64,000 nt of DNA from an uncultured Gemmatimonadaceae bacterium (GCA_963740355.1 CAVUDW010000003.1:1696001-1760000); one strand, 5' to 3'. Numbered from the stretch's first letter, positions 20,440 to 30,390 are shown. Notes: a model not told the origin generated them from the letters alone. Numbers and translations are program-made.

Positions 20440-20796
20440 AGCCGACCGGAATTCTCTGCCGGCGCCGGAGAGTCGCGATCGCGGCAGCGATCGTTAGAGG
20501 TACATAAAGCGACTAACTACACGTGCCCGTCAAACGGAACCAGGTGCCACCTGCCTGTCAGTGCCGCGCGACGTTACTTGCCTTCGGTCGATGGCGAGTT
20601 GTGGCACGGCAGTCGGGAAGGTGAGGAGAGCGATGTGCGGCGCATCGATCCTCAATCAGGCGAGGTATTAGAGCGGCCCGAACTGCCGGCTGGGATGGGG
20701 GTGTCCGGTCTCGAGTCGGATGGTGCCGAGCGGCTTTTCTGCGGTGGTGGACCGAGTGACACGGTGCGCGCGATTCGGCGGCCGCGGAGGGGGTGA
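20440..20796 (+). repeat. Diverged ~350-bp direct repeat, copy 1 (Rhs upstream region plus beta-propeller gene relic)
   Basis: GCCGACCGGAATTCTCTGCC...GTGAGGAGAGCGATGTGCG...CTCGAGTCGGATGGTG aligns with 30040-30390. Confidence 0.8.
20578..20796 (+). pseudogene. C-terminal fragment of a glutamine cyclotransferase-like beta-propeller protein
   Basis: DGELWHG..EGEESDVRRIDP.SGEVLE...GVSGLESDG...FCGGG. Confidence 0.65.
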
Positions 20797-20798
20797 GG

Positions 20799-21416
20799 CT
20801 ACTTGAGCTGCAGGCGCGCCTCCTGCTTCCAATTCTCGGCATGGGCAGAGCCGGTCAGGACCTCGTTCATGTAGGTGTTCATGATCCCGTACTGGGTTTC
20901 AATGTACGGTTCCGCGTTGACTAGGCGCTCGAGGGAACGACGACTTCCGTCACGGTCGCCGACCTGCGCAAGTGTCTGTGCGAGTGAACGCCAAGCACGA
21001 AGGTTTCCAGGCTGCACATCGAGCGCCAACCGCAGGTCGTGAATGGCACCCGAATCCTGATTGAGCCCGGCTCTTACGAGGTGGGCATATGCGTGCATTG
21101 GCTCGAGGCGGAGGGCTCTAGTGAGGGATTCGTCGGCCGCGGCCCTGTGACTCTCGACGATTGCCCGCACGTACCCGAGCCAGAAGTGCGCGTCCGCACT
21201 CTCCTCAGATCGTTGGGCAAGTTCGCGAAAGATACGAGGTGCATCCTCGTAGTAGGCTGTGTCGTTCGTGTCGTTCAGGAAGCAGACGAAGCCTAGCTCG
21301 CGCAGCCAACGATTCGCGTGCTGCGCGTCTGCAAGGCGAAGCCGACACAACTCAGCAGCCTCCTCAAACCGTCCTGTATCAACCAGCGCTTCGAGACGCT
21401 TCTCGTCGCTCTCCAT
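20799..21416 (-). CDS. TPR protein, putative orphan immunity protein (start 21416 or 21443)
   Basis: TPR helices (ADAHFWLGYV, AYAHLVRAGL, LRAWRSLAQTL); follows a short toxin-like C-terminal remnant. Confidence 0.7.
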   Translation of the reverse strand: MESDEKRLEALVDTGRFEEAAELCRLRLADAQHANRWLRELGFVCFLNDTNDTAYYEDAPRIFRELAQRSEESADAHFWLGYVRAIVESHRAAADESLTRALRLEPMHAYAHLVRAGLNQDSGAIHDLRLALDVQPGNLRAWRSLAQTLAQVGDRDGSRRSLERLVNAEPYIETQYGIMNTYMNEVLTGSAHAENWKQEARLQLK

Positions 21417-21582
21417 TTGCGGCGATGTCACCTGACGATCCATGAGTTCGAAAGCTCGTGAACGCCGTCCCGCTCAAAGACCTTTTCCACAACGTTGAGC
21501 CCATTCACAACTTGCGACCTCAGAGTTGCGACTTGAGCGCAACTTCTCCCGTTAGCTACCTAGCGCTGGCTTTGTAGGACAT

Positions 21583-21918
21583 TCAGCGTTCGGGCGAACT
21601 TCCTTCGGTCAAGTCAAGCTCTACTCGAAAACTCCCATCCGCATTCTGCGTGGGCTTACGATTTTCCACAGCCTCCGCCTGAGCATGCAATTCAGAGTGG
21701 ATATCTCGCATGTCGCTCCACGCCCGACTGTTATGTACGAGATCCTTAGCCATGTTCATCGGAACCCCTAGAACCTCGCGAACCACCTTCATCGACTGGA
21801 TTATGGATGGAGATTTCTCGCGAAGTGCTTCAAGAACCTCCTGTATGTCATCCCCGCGACCAAGCATGAGGCGCGCGAGCTCTACCATTGCAGGGTACAT
21901 CGCCAACTGCTCATCCAT
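21583..21918 (-). CDS. Putative immunity protein for orphan Rhs toxin 2
   Basis: 111-aa ORF with GAGG RBS 7 bp after the toxin stop; lower GC than flanking core genes. Confidence 0.7.
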   Translation of the reverse strand: MDEQLAMYPAMVELARLMLGRGDDIQEVLEALREKSPSIIQSMKVVREVLGVPMNMAKDLVHNSRAWSDMRDIHSELHAQAEAVENRKPTQNADGSFRVELDLTEGSSPER

Positions 21919-21925
21919 TGCTGCC

Positions 21926-22474
21926 TCATCGGTTTAGATCGATCACCTGCTGGCTTATTTTACCCGCGTTTGCCCCAGAGGTACGGTGAAAGTTTACGAT
22001 GACCTTATCATACCCCGCCGCTCGCGCAGCATCAGCGACGCCGCGGAATCCAGCTCGCATGGCGGCGACCCCAGACTGCAACTTCCTCGCATTGTCTGGG
22101 TAGACGAGGAAGTTGTTTAGCGTCAGAGTCGTGCCGTTCGTCATGGCTTCCCCGAATACCCTGACCGTTCCAGCGCCCGTTTCAAACGTTCGCTCAAAGT
22201 CTCCATTCGCAATTCGACCAGCGGCGGCGCCGATAGCCGCAGCAGGGGCCGCTCGTAGGCCCAGCGTCGTGATCGCCGCCCCGCCGCCAAAAAAGGTGCT
22301 GACAATCGCGCCAATTGTGCCGCCAACTGCGCTGAGCGCAGCGAACGCTCCAACGCTTTGGTTGATTGCCGGAGCCATTCGGCCGAGCTGCACGAGCGCA
22401 CCGATCTTGCCTGGACAGTCGTTCGGGTTGTCGTCCTGCGGCGGGCATAACCCTAACGGATCCGAATAATTCAC
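21926..22474 (-). pseudogene. Orphan Rhs C-terminal toxin 2, 5' end cut at the IS110 element
   Basis: Homology begins at VNYSDPLGLCP, followed by a hydrophobic segment and a CT. Confidence 0.8.
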
Positions 22475-24495
22475 ACGTCTACCCGCAGATCGTACGTTCT
22501 GGTCGGCCCTGATCTCAGGGCCGGCAGCGGACGGCGAGCGGCGGTCGGGAGCGATCACGGCCGGCGCCACGCGCCCGTCGCCGTCATGCTCCGCGCGGCC
22601 ACGCCGGCCGCCGCGACCACCCTCTGCCCGCGAGGTCGGTCATGACTCCACGCGTTCCCCCTGCGGCGCCCGTGCCGACGCCGTCAGCACGCCCCGCGCG
22701 CGACCGGGTGCCCTTCGTTTCTGTCCCGCGGAAGCGCCCGGCGGAACTCGCTGACGACAAGCGACTCGCGGCCCGGCAGTACCCCGTGCACGTGGGCGTC
22801 GACACCGGCAAGACGTTTCACAAGCTGGTCGCCCTGGGGCCGGACGGCCGCCGCACGACGGCGCTCCGCGTGGACGTGTCGCGCGCCGGCTTCGAGGCCG
22901 CCGACGCGTACCTCACGACGACCTTCCCCGACGTGCCCCGCACGCAGATGCTCGTCGCCCTCGAGTTCGCGGGGCATCAAGGCTTCACGTTCGCGCACTT
23001 CCTGGCGCGGCGGGGCTACGCGGTCGTCAGCGTGCTGCCGGCCGTCACCAAGGCGCTCAAGCAGGTCGAGGACAACAGCCCGCAGAAGGACGACGCCAAG
23101 GACGCCGCGCAGATCTGCCGCACGGTCGGCCAGGGCTACTACGTGGCGTTCCCGCTCCTCGACGACCGCGGCGCCGCGCTGCGGACGCTGGCCACCGAAC
23201 GGCATCGGCTCAGCGTCGAGGAGACGCGGCTCGTCAATCGACTGCATGCGGCGCTCGACCTCGCGTGGCCGGAGTTCGCGGGGCAGTTCTCCGACCTCGC
23301 GATGAAGACGCCGCTGGCGGTACTCGCGCGCTGGCCCGTGCCTGCCGATCTCGCGCAAGCGGCACCGCGCACCGTCGGGCGCGTGGTGAAGGCGGCTTCC
23401 CGCAATCACATCGGGCAGGCGCGCATTCAGGCGCTCCTCGCCTCGGCGCATGCGACCGTCGCCGTGCAGACCGGCACGAGTGCGCGACGAGCCGAGATGC
23501 AGCGAGTCCTCGCGCGCTGGGCGCTGCTGCGCGAGCACACCGACGCGGTCGAGGCCGAACTCGCGGTGTTGGTCGACGCGCACCCCGCCGCGCGGGCGCT
23601 GACCACCGTCCCCGGCGTGGGCGTCGTCTGCGCAGCGACACTGGTGGCGGAGCTGGGCGATCCGGCGTGGTACGACTGCCCGCGCCAAGTCGTGAAGCTC
23701 GCCGGGATGACGCTCGCGACCCGGGAGAGCGGCACCTCCATTCGCGGCCGCTCGCGGCAGACGAAGCACGGACGCCCGTTGCTCCGCCGCCAGCTCTTCC
23801 TGCTGGCGGGCCGCTGGTGCCAGTCCCGGGGCCTCTACCGGACGCAATACCTCGCCTACGTCGCGCGCGGGATGCCGAAGACGGCGGCCGTGTGTGCGGT
23901 CACGCGCAAGCTCGTACCGATGCTGTTTCAGGTCATGCGCACCGAGGTGCCGTTCGACTTGGCGCGCTGGCAGGCGGATCGCCGGCGCGACGCCGCCCCA
24001 CCATCACCAGCGATGGAGGGTTCGACACACCGCACACTGACACCGTAGGCGAGCCGCGCGGAGCGGGAGGCGGGAAAGACCGCCAGTTCAGATCGAGGCA
24101 CACGGCCCTGCACTCCGCGGGCGTGCAGACCTTCGCGTTTCACCCGTCCAGCGCCTCCCGCGGACCCACGATGGCCGGTGAAGACGTTTCGTGCCGAACG
24201 CCCATGCCTTCGCCGTCGCGGGGCAGAGGCTGGAGCACCCAGGAGCTTTGATCGTCGCCCACCGGGTCCCGCACGTCCGCTGCAGTCGCGGCGCTGTTTG
24301 ACAATGGGTCGGCCCCGCAGGCGACGCGCGAAACCGGCGCGTCGCCCGCGGTGGCGCGTCGCGTGGCGAGCGCGTGGCGCGACCAACGATCCCACAGCAT
24401 CATGACTAACCACGCACGCGTGGCCCGGCGCGCACCGCGCCTACCGCAACAGAAGCCCGGCGATCCGGACGGCCCTCGAGGCCCGAATGTCACAC
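22475..24495 (+). mobile_element. IS110-family element (boundaries approximate)
   Basis: Very GC-rich block with the transposase, ~165-bp left and ~450-bp right non-coding ends; TCACAC near both putative junctions. Confidence 0.7.
22642..24048 (+). CDS. IS110-family recombinase/transposase
   Basis: DEDD residues in VGVDTGK, LEFAG, KDDAKDA; LTTVPGVG; RESG serine; TKHGRPLLRRQL; AVTRKL. Confidence 0.95.
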   Translation: MTPRVPPAAPVPTPSARPARDRVPFVSVPRKRPAELADDKRLAARQYPVHVGVDTGKTFHKLVALGPDGRRTTALRVDVSRAGFEAADAYLTTTFPDVPRTQMLVALEFAGHQGFTFAHFLARRGYAVVSVLPAVTKALKQVEDNSPQKDDAKDAAQICRTVGQGYYVAFPLLDDRGAALRTLATERHRLSVEETRLVNRLHAALDLAWPEFAGQFSDLAMKTPLAVLARWPVPADLAQAAPRTVGRVVKAASRNHIGQARIQALLASAHATVAVQTGTSARRAEMQRVLARWALLREHTDAVEAELAVLVDAHPAARALTTVPGVGVVCAATLVAELGDPAWYDCPRQVVKLAGMTLATRESGTSIRGRSRQTKHGRPLLRRQLFLLAGRWCQSRGLYRTQYLAYVARGMPKTAAVCAVTRKLVPMLFQVMRTEVPFDLARWQADRRRDAAPPSPAMEGSTHRTLTP

Positions 24496-24535
24496 TCGGC
24501 TCTACGGTGCGGCACCATCTTCACTGATTCGTCGA

Positions 24536-25096
24536 TTACAGCGAATACACAAAGCTGCCGTCAATCTGCAGACAAGAGGTACTGAGAGACCCAAGAGTCT
24601 CCCGAAGCTGCTCACCTCTGACCGCGAGAAAAACTAAGCAGTCATCATCCTTTGCGCGGAAATACCATTTACCAGGAACCCCAGCTACTTCCACTTCGTC
24701 GAAGCTGGGCGCCGCCCAGCCATCCTTTATCTCTGAAGACGAAAGCGACGATACCGTTGGCTCTCGCGAGCCTGCCGACCACCTCCTCACTTCGAGGAAC
24801 GCGGACGAGAACTGTGATAGACAGGCTGCGATTGCGTCGGGCAGCTCGTGACGCCCTTCAGTCAGCGCGCCGGAGGTACGCGCGGTGTGAAGCGCACGCA
24901 GATCATCGGAGAGGCCCATCAAGTCTCGGAGCTGACGAAAACTACTCACCCTATGATCATGACCCCCAATGTGCAGATACGCATCAGTCAAGAGTACGAA
25001 GTAGGTGAGGTCAGCATTCTCTGGCATGACGTCAGCGACTAGCTGCTTGCGACCTTCACGCTTCACGGGAAATACGAATTCTGAAAACACTTGCAT
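24536..25096 (-). CDS. Putative immunity protein for the main Rhs toxin
   Basis: 186-aa ORF 8 bp after the Rhs stop; lower GC. Confidence 0.72.
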   Translation of the reverse strand: MQVFSEFVFPVKREGRKQLVADVMPENADLTYFVLLTDAYLHIGGHDHRVSSFRQLRDLMGLSDDLRALHTARTSGALTEGRHELPDAIAACLSQFSSAFLEVRRWSAGSREPTVSSLSSSEIKDGWAAPSFDEVEVAGVPGKWYFRAKDDDCLVFLAVRGEQLRETLGSLSTSCLQIDGSFVYSL

Positions 25097-25104
25097 AGAC
25101 TGTG

Positions 25105-28100
25105 TTACTCCATCGGTGGGAAGATGAACTTCTGTTCACCCGCCTGAATTCTCGTGGTGCCGTCTGGCTTCATCCTGATGCGTAGCGGTGTTCCGTCTTC
25201 GAGAGCACCCTCTACACCACGACCACCGCCCGTTCTGTCGCGAACGATTCTACGGTTTCCGACTCCCATTGCGTCGAACTCACGGAACAACTCCTTGGCA
25301 CGCGCTCGACCGCCTTGGACGACAATATCACCGCTTCCGCGGAGTTTGCCCGCAGCAGCGCCAATCAAGCCATTGACGCCGCGAGATGTACGTCCAACCG
25401 GCAGCATCTCCGCGAGCGCGAGTGCAGTGCCCCCAACACTACCGCTACGAATCGCGCCTTCAAGATTGGCTGCTCCGGAAAGTTCGAGACCTATCCGACC
25501 GACGACTTCACCCGCAGCACTCAGCGGTGCAACTCGCTGCCCAACCCCTCTAATGAACTGGCATAGCAGCGTCTCATCAGGACACAGCCCGAACGGATCG
25601 GCGTAGTTGACCGGATCCCCTTTCGCGTAGCCATACCCGTTCAACCCACCCGCGAGCCCGATCGGATCCGGTTGCGTAAACCGGCCCGACGCCGGATCCA
25701 GATACCGCGCCCGCCGGAACGACAACCCGTTTCCCTCCCGCTTGTCCTCGACCAACGAACCATTCCACGCCAACGTCTGTCCGGCGTTCGACACACCATT
25801 GGCATGCCACACATCCGTCCACGCCATCGGGTACGTGCACCGCGTCTCGGACTGCGCCGTCGTTTCACACGGCCACAGGCCGCCATCGAGCACTGAGCCA
25901 AGCGCGGGCTCCGCGCGTAAATCCCAGAGTGGATACAGCGCGAACGGCTGGAACGTCCGAAAGCCCCACCGCACCACCGGGCTGCTGTTCGGCTTGTAGG
26001 GATTGTCGCGATAGTGCACGCGCAGGACGACCAGCGGCTTGTCCAGCGCGCCGCCCTCATACACATAGCCGACGCGACCGAAGAACGGGCTGACGTCGAA
26101 CTGCATCGTCGGGTCCGAGCTCTTGAGCGCGATCGGGATCTGCACGACGGCCGTGTCATTCTCGCCCCAGCCCGCGGAATCGGGCATCTGGATTTCGTAC
26201 AGCTCGCGCGTCCCGTCCCAGATCGTCCGTCGCACGTTCCGGAGCGCGCACCAGACGAAGTATGGGGAGTTCCACGGGCACACCCGTTGCGAGCGCGCCA
26301 GGACCCGCCGCCCAAGGGCGTCGTAGCGGTAGGTGTCGAACGTCAGGCGATAGCTGCCGCCGTATGGATCCACCGGATTGCCGCCGCTGCCCAGTACGGG
26401 CCCCAAGCGGGAGTCCACGGCCCGAAGCTGTCCGAGTGCGTCGTAGTACATAAAGCGTTCGGACGGTTCGACCGCCGGGGCGACGCCCGTTTGTGCACTA
26501 CCGGCCGTCGTTTGGCGCACCGTGTTCCCCGCACTGTCGTACACCAGCACGCTGGTCCCACCATTTCCGACCGTCGTGCCAAGCAACCGGCCGTTCCCTG
26601 ATCGATCGTACGACGGATTGACCGTATTCCACCTCAACGTCGAGCCGCCGCCACCGGCCAACCAGAATTGCACCCCGTTTCCGGGAGCGCTTTGCACGTA
26701 CTGCGCCGTGCCTGAATTGCCCCCGATGCGGTTCCCGAACGCGTCGGAGACCGTCGTGTCGCTGCTGCTGAAAACCACGGCGTTGGCCGTGACGCCAAGC
26801 CCGTACGTCGAGAAGGTGCTGGTGCGCAGCGTGCCCATTGGCGCATACGTCGAGACGAGGTTCTCCCGGCGCCCAAAGGAATTCTGCATGCTGAGCAGCT
26901 TCCCTCGACTGTCGTATGTGAGCGTGGCACGGCGCGCCAGGCCAGTGGGATTCGGCAAGGGGATTCTCGCGCCAACGGCACCATTCACGACGCTGTCCGC
27001 CACTGGTTCACCGTCACTGGCGTATCGGAACCCGCGCGTGATCCCGCTGGGTGACGCCTGCGTGATCAACTGGCCCTTCGGATCGAACGTGAAGATGATG
27101 AAGCCTCCCAGCGGATCGAACAGGCGCCACGGCAGCCCGGTGTCCGCGGTGTACGTGTGCGTCTCGGAGCCCGAGCCAGACGCCGGCGCCAGTTGGGCCG
27201 GATGCCAGAGTCGCGTCGGCCGCCCGGCGACATCGTATTCATAGCGAATGCCGTAGACATGGGTCGTATCAAGCGCTCCACTGACTTTGCGGATTGTCTG
27301 CGTGTCCGCGATGATCCTGCCCACCTTGTCGTAGGTTCGGACGACGATCGCATCGCGGTTGCTGGCGCGCGCCAGCTGCCCACTGAGCGAATCGTAGGTA
27401 AACAGCGCCTCGTCACTATTGATCGCGAAGTAGGTCGAATCACCTAGCGCGAATTGTGGGAAGAACGGACTTCGAGAAGAGTCACCGGGGGCGTTATACG
27501 CCGTGCCAATTCGCACTGAGTCGTAAACGGCGGCAGGGGTGAGTCGACGCGAGAGGCGATTGAGCGCGTCGTACTCCATGCGGATCGTGTCGCCGCGCGG
27601 TGTCACACGACGCGTCACATTCCCAGCGGCATCGTAGGTCAAGCGCTCAGCGCTGATGGAGTTCGTAGCCGCGCCCTGGGAAAACCGGATGATCGCGCGA
27701 CCGAGTGCATCGTAGGCTGTCGTGTCGCGCAGCACGCCGACGCTCGAATCGGGTAAGGACCATCGGCGTGAACTTGCAAGCAGCCCCGTCGTGCCGACGT
27801 ATCTTGCTCGTGTCTCGAGTCGCTGCGTGATCGTAACGCCAAGGCCTGGTGGAGCGGTCGTCGTGCTCGCCGTATCGCGATCCAGTGCATCGTATTGCGT
27901 TGTCGTCGTGACCCAGAGGGCGCTCGGCGAGCTCGCGGCCAACGTCCGAGTTGAGACCACCCGGCCGATGTCGTCGTTGGTGAATTCCGTGCGCTTGCCG
28001 CCCGCACTCAACGTCAGCGCCAGATTGCCGAGTGCATCGTACGCGAGCGAGTCGCGGCTGCGCTGGCCTTGAGCGTTCTGTGGGGAGAGCACCGCGCGTG

Positions 28101-29946
28101 GCAAGCCAGCGCAGGCGGTATTCGCAGCACAATAGCTGAATGTGGCCAGAGTCGCGGCGTTTGTTGGATTTTGAACGCCCACCAGCCCCGGATAATTCTG
28201 GAAGACGGGCCCGTACGTGTACGTCGTCCAGATGCCGGCGGCGTCGCGCGCCCGGGTGAGGTTGTCAGGATGCGCCGCATCGTCGTAGTAGTAGTACCAC
28301 TCCGGCGTACCCGTCGCGCCGACGGGATCAGCGTTCATGTAGGTTAGGTCGCCGTTCGTGTTGTACAGCGCGTACTGCGACCACCCGGCCGGATTCGTGA
28401 CGCGCTTGGCGAGCAGCGGAAACGAATCGTCGGGCGCGATCGACGTCGTTTGAGCCGCCGGATCAGTAATCTTTATTGGGTTGCCCCAGGGTCCCAGCCA
28501 CAATTTCGTGAAGGCTTGCACTGCCGGCCAGCGCGGCGAATAGAGCGCGGTATAGAGGTTGTCAGGAACATCCGGGCTCGCGAGCGCAGCACCCTCACCT
28601 GCCCGGAACTGAGCGATGACGCTGTCGCTCGCAACGCCGGTCGGCGTCCGCGTGCTCGTCAGCAATCCTCCGGCCCCGTAGACGACCGTCATCGTCGTTC
28701 CGCGACTGTCCCGCACTGTCGCGATTCGTCCATTCGTCTCAGTGTATGCCAGTGAGTCACCGGCAAAATTGAGATTGCCCGAGGCGCTGCCGATGGTCCT
28801 CGTCAAGACGCGGTACGCAGGAGCAGGTGTGAACGCGATGCCGCTGTTGTACTGCCGTGCCTGGCCGGTGCATGGTGTCGGTGAACCATCCAGATCGTAG
28901 TTGAAGGACCAGCCACGCGAGTACGGATAGCCGGCCGGAATCGGAAGGTCCACCGCGCCAAGACGGCCGCAGTAGTAGGATCGAAATTGGGTGACGTGTC
29001 CTTGTACATCGCTCGTTGACGTGTGCCGGCCGGTCGAGTCGAATCGCGTCGATGCGCCACGTGTGAGATGCCGATACCACACTCCGGTCGAGGCTGAGTA
29101 CGTCATGCTGTCTCTGCCGATGAGTGTCCGGGCCTTGAAGGTGTTGGTGCCGGTCACACGCGCATACCGGCGCGTACTGCCATCACCCCCGATCCAGAAT
29201 AGGTCGCCGTTCGCTTGTGTGATGATTCGTTCGTAGCCGGCCACCCACCAGCCAGCGCCGAACACGCTCGTCGATCGATTGACGATCGCCAGGTCTCCCG
29301 TCACGGGAGTCACCTGCGTGCCGCTGCCGTCGGTGAACGCAACGTCGAGCCTGTACTGGTAGAGTCCGGTCGACAGATCCGACGCGTCGAATGCGAGCGC
29401 CACTTGTCGCTTGACATCGGCACCCCAGCCACTCACGCTCCAGGTTGCAGTGGCGCGCTGGACATAGGTGCCGCCCTGCTGGACGAAGAGGGTCGCTGTC
29501 ACCGTGGTGGGCGCAGTCCCTGACGCGTGGTTGGTCACCAGCGCGCGTACGATCGGCGTCGGCTTTGCGTGCTGACTGTTGTACAGCATCGTGATCGTGC
29601 GCGCGGTATTGAACGTGCGAATGACCGGGTAGGAATAGGCGACCCGGAGATCACCGCACTCGTATGCTACCCCAGGCCGGATCGCCACGCTCACGCAGGC
29701 GCTTCGCTCGATGTTCGCTCCCGCATTCACACTGGCGACGTCGACGATCGGCGCCAAGAGTGTGGCACCCCGTTCAGCCGCTCCGGCGCCTCGATTCGCC
29801 AGGTAGTGTGAGCCCGAGGGAGACACTCGGTCGAGCGTGTCGGTCAGAATTGCGGTCACGACCAGGGCCTGCACCCACATCGGCGTGAGTCTCATTTCGA
29901 TACCTGTGTGGGTGAATCCGGGACATCCAAGCGTGCGGAATCGCAC
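25105..29946 (-). CDS. Full-length Rhs/YD-repeat polymorphic toxin (start possibly 29895)
   Basis: Many YD repeats (YDALGN, YDALDR, YDAAGN, YDALNR), core DPIGL...DPVNYADPFGL and a variable CT. Confidence 0.93.
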   Translation of the reverse strand: MRFRTLGCPGFTHTGIEMRLTPMWVQALVVTAILTDTLDRVSPSGSHYLANRGAGAAERGATLLAPIVDVASVNAGANIERSACVSVAIRPGVAYECGDLRVAYSYPVIRTFNTARTITMLYNSQHAKPTPIVRALVTNHASGTAPTTVTATLFVQQGGTYVQRATATWSVSGWGADVKRQVALAFDASDLSTGLYQYRLDVAFTDGSGTQVTPVTGDLAIVNRSTSVFGAGWWVAGYERIITQANGDLFWIGGDGSTRRYARVTGTNTFKARTLIGRDSMTYSASTGVWYRHLTRGASTRFDSTGRHTSTSDVQGHVTQFRSYYCGRLGAVDLPIPAGYPYSRGWSFNYDLDGSPTPCTGQARQYNSGIAFTPAPAYRVLTRTIGSASGNLNFAGDSLAYTETNGRIATVRDSRGTTMTVVYGAGGLLTSTRTPTGVASDSVIAQFRAGEGAALASPDVPDNLYTALYSPRWPAVQAFTKLWLGPWGNPIKITDPAAQTTSIAPDDSFPLLAKRVTNPAGWSQYALYNTNGDLTYMNADPVGATGTPEWYYYYDDAAHPDNLTRARDAAGIWTTYTYGPVFQNYPGLVGVQNPTNAATLATFSYCAANTACAGLPRAVLSPQNAQGQRSRDSLAYDALGNLALTLSAGGKRTEFTNDDIGRVVSTRTLAASSPSALWVTTTTQYDALDRDTASTTTAPPGLGVTITQRLETRARYVGTTGLLASSRRWSLPDSSVGVLRDTTAYDALGRAIIRFSQGAATNSISAERLTYDAAGNVTRRVTPRGDTIRMEYDALNRLSRRLTPAAVYDSVRIGTAYNAPGDSSRSPFFPQFALGDSTYFAINSDEALFTYDSLSGQLARASNRDAIVVRTYDKVGRIIADTQTIRKVSGALDTTHVYGIRYEYDVAGRPTRLWHPAQLAPASGSGSETHTYTADTGLPWRLFDPLGGFIIFTFDPKGQLITQASPSGITRGFRYASDGEPVADSVVNGAVGARIPLPNPTGLARRATLTYDSRGKLLSMQNSFGRRENLVSTYAPMGTLRTSTFSTYGLGVTANAVVFSSSDTTVSDAFGNRIGGNSGTAQYVQSAPGNGVQFWLAGGGGSTLRWNTVNPSYDRSGNGRLLGTTVGNGGTSVLVYDSAGNTVRQTTAGSAQTGVAPAVEPSERFMYYDALGQLRAVDSRLGPVLGSGGNPVDPYGGSYRLTFDTYRYDALGRRVLARSQRVCPWNSPYFVWCALRNVRRTIWDGTRELYEIQMPDSAGWGENDTAVVQIPIALKSSDPTMQFDVSPFFGRVGYVYEGGALDKPLVVLRVHYRDNPYKPNSSPVVRWGFRTFQPFALYPLWDLRAEPALGSVLDGGLWPCETTAQSETRCTYPMAWTDVWHANGVSNAGQTLAWNGSLVEDKREGNGLSFRRARYLDPASGRFTQPDPIGLAGGLNGYGYAKGDPVNYADPFGLCPDETLLCQFIRGVGQRVAPLSAAGEVVGRIGLELSGAANLEGAIRSGSVGGTALALAEMLPVGRTSRGVNGLIGAAAGKLRGSGDIVVQGGRARAKELFREFDAMGVGNRRIVRDRTGGGRGVEGALEDGTPLRIRMKPDGTTRIQAGEQKFIFPPME

Positions 29947-30039
29947 ACCGTCAGTGCGGATCGATTCGGATCGCTTGCACGTCCCACATGCAATGGACCG
30001 CTATCCGGATATGCGCGGTATGATCCTATAGACGACGCT

Positions 30040-30390
30040 GCCGACGGGAATTCTCAGCCTGCGCCGAGGAGACGCGAGCACGGGAGCCGATCTCTTCTGG
30101 TTCACAAAGTTACGAAATGCATGAGCCCGGCGAGCGGGGCGTGCGCACAGAGACCACTCTTACCACGCGATGCCACCAGACAGCGTTCGACGGCGAGTCG
30201 TGGCTTGGCAGCTGGGAAAGTGAGGAGAGCGATGTGCGACGAATCGATCCTGAAACCGGCGATGTGCTGGAGCGGCTCGATCTGCGGGCTGGGCCGGGAC
30301 ATCCGAGCTCGAGTCGGATGGTGGCGATCAGTTTTCCTGCGGCGGTGAACCGAGTGGCACGGTGCTCGCAATTCGGCCGCCACGGCGGGG
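30040..30390 (+). repeat. Diverged ~350-bp direct repeat, copy 2
   Basis: GCCGACGGGAATTCTCAGCC...GTGAGGAGAGCGATGTGCG...CTCGAGTCGGATGGTG; carries a frameshifted second copy of the beta-propeller relic. Confidence 0.8.

Noticed and set aside
19828..26187. Diversity-generating retroelement TR/VR pair
   Set aside because: Differences are not adenine-specific, the repeat is long, and no reverse transcriptase is present; ordinary Rhs duplication explains it
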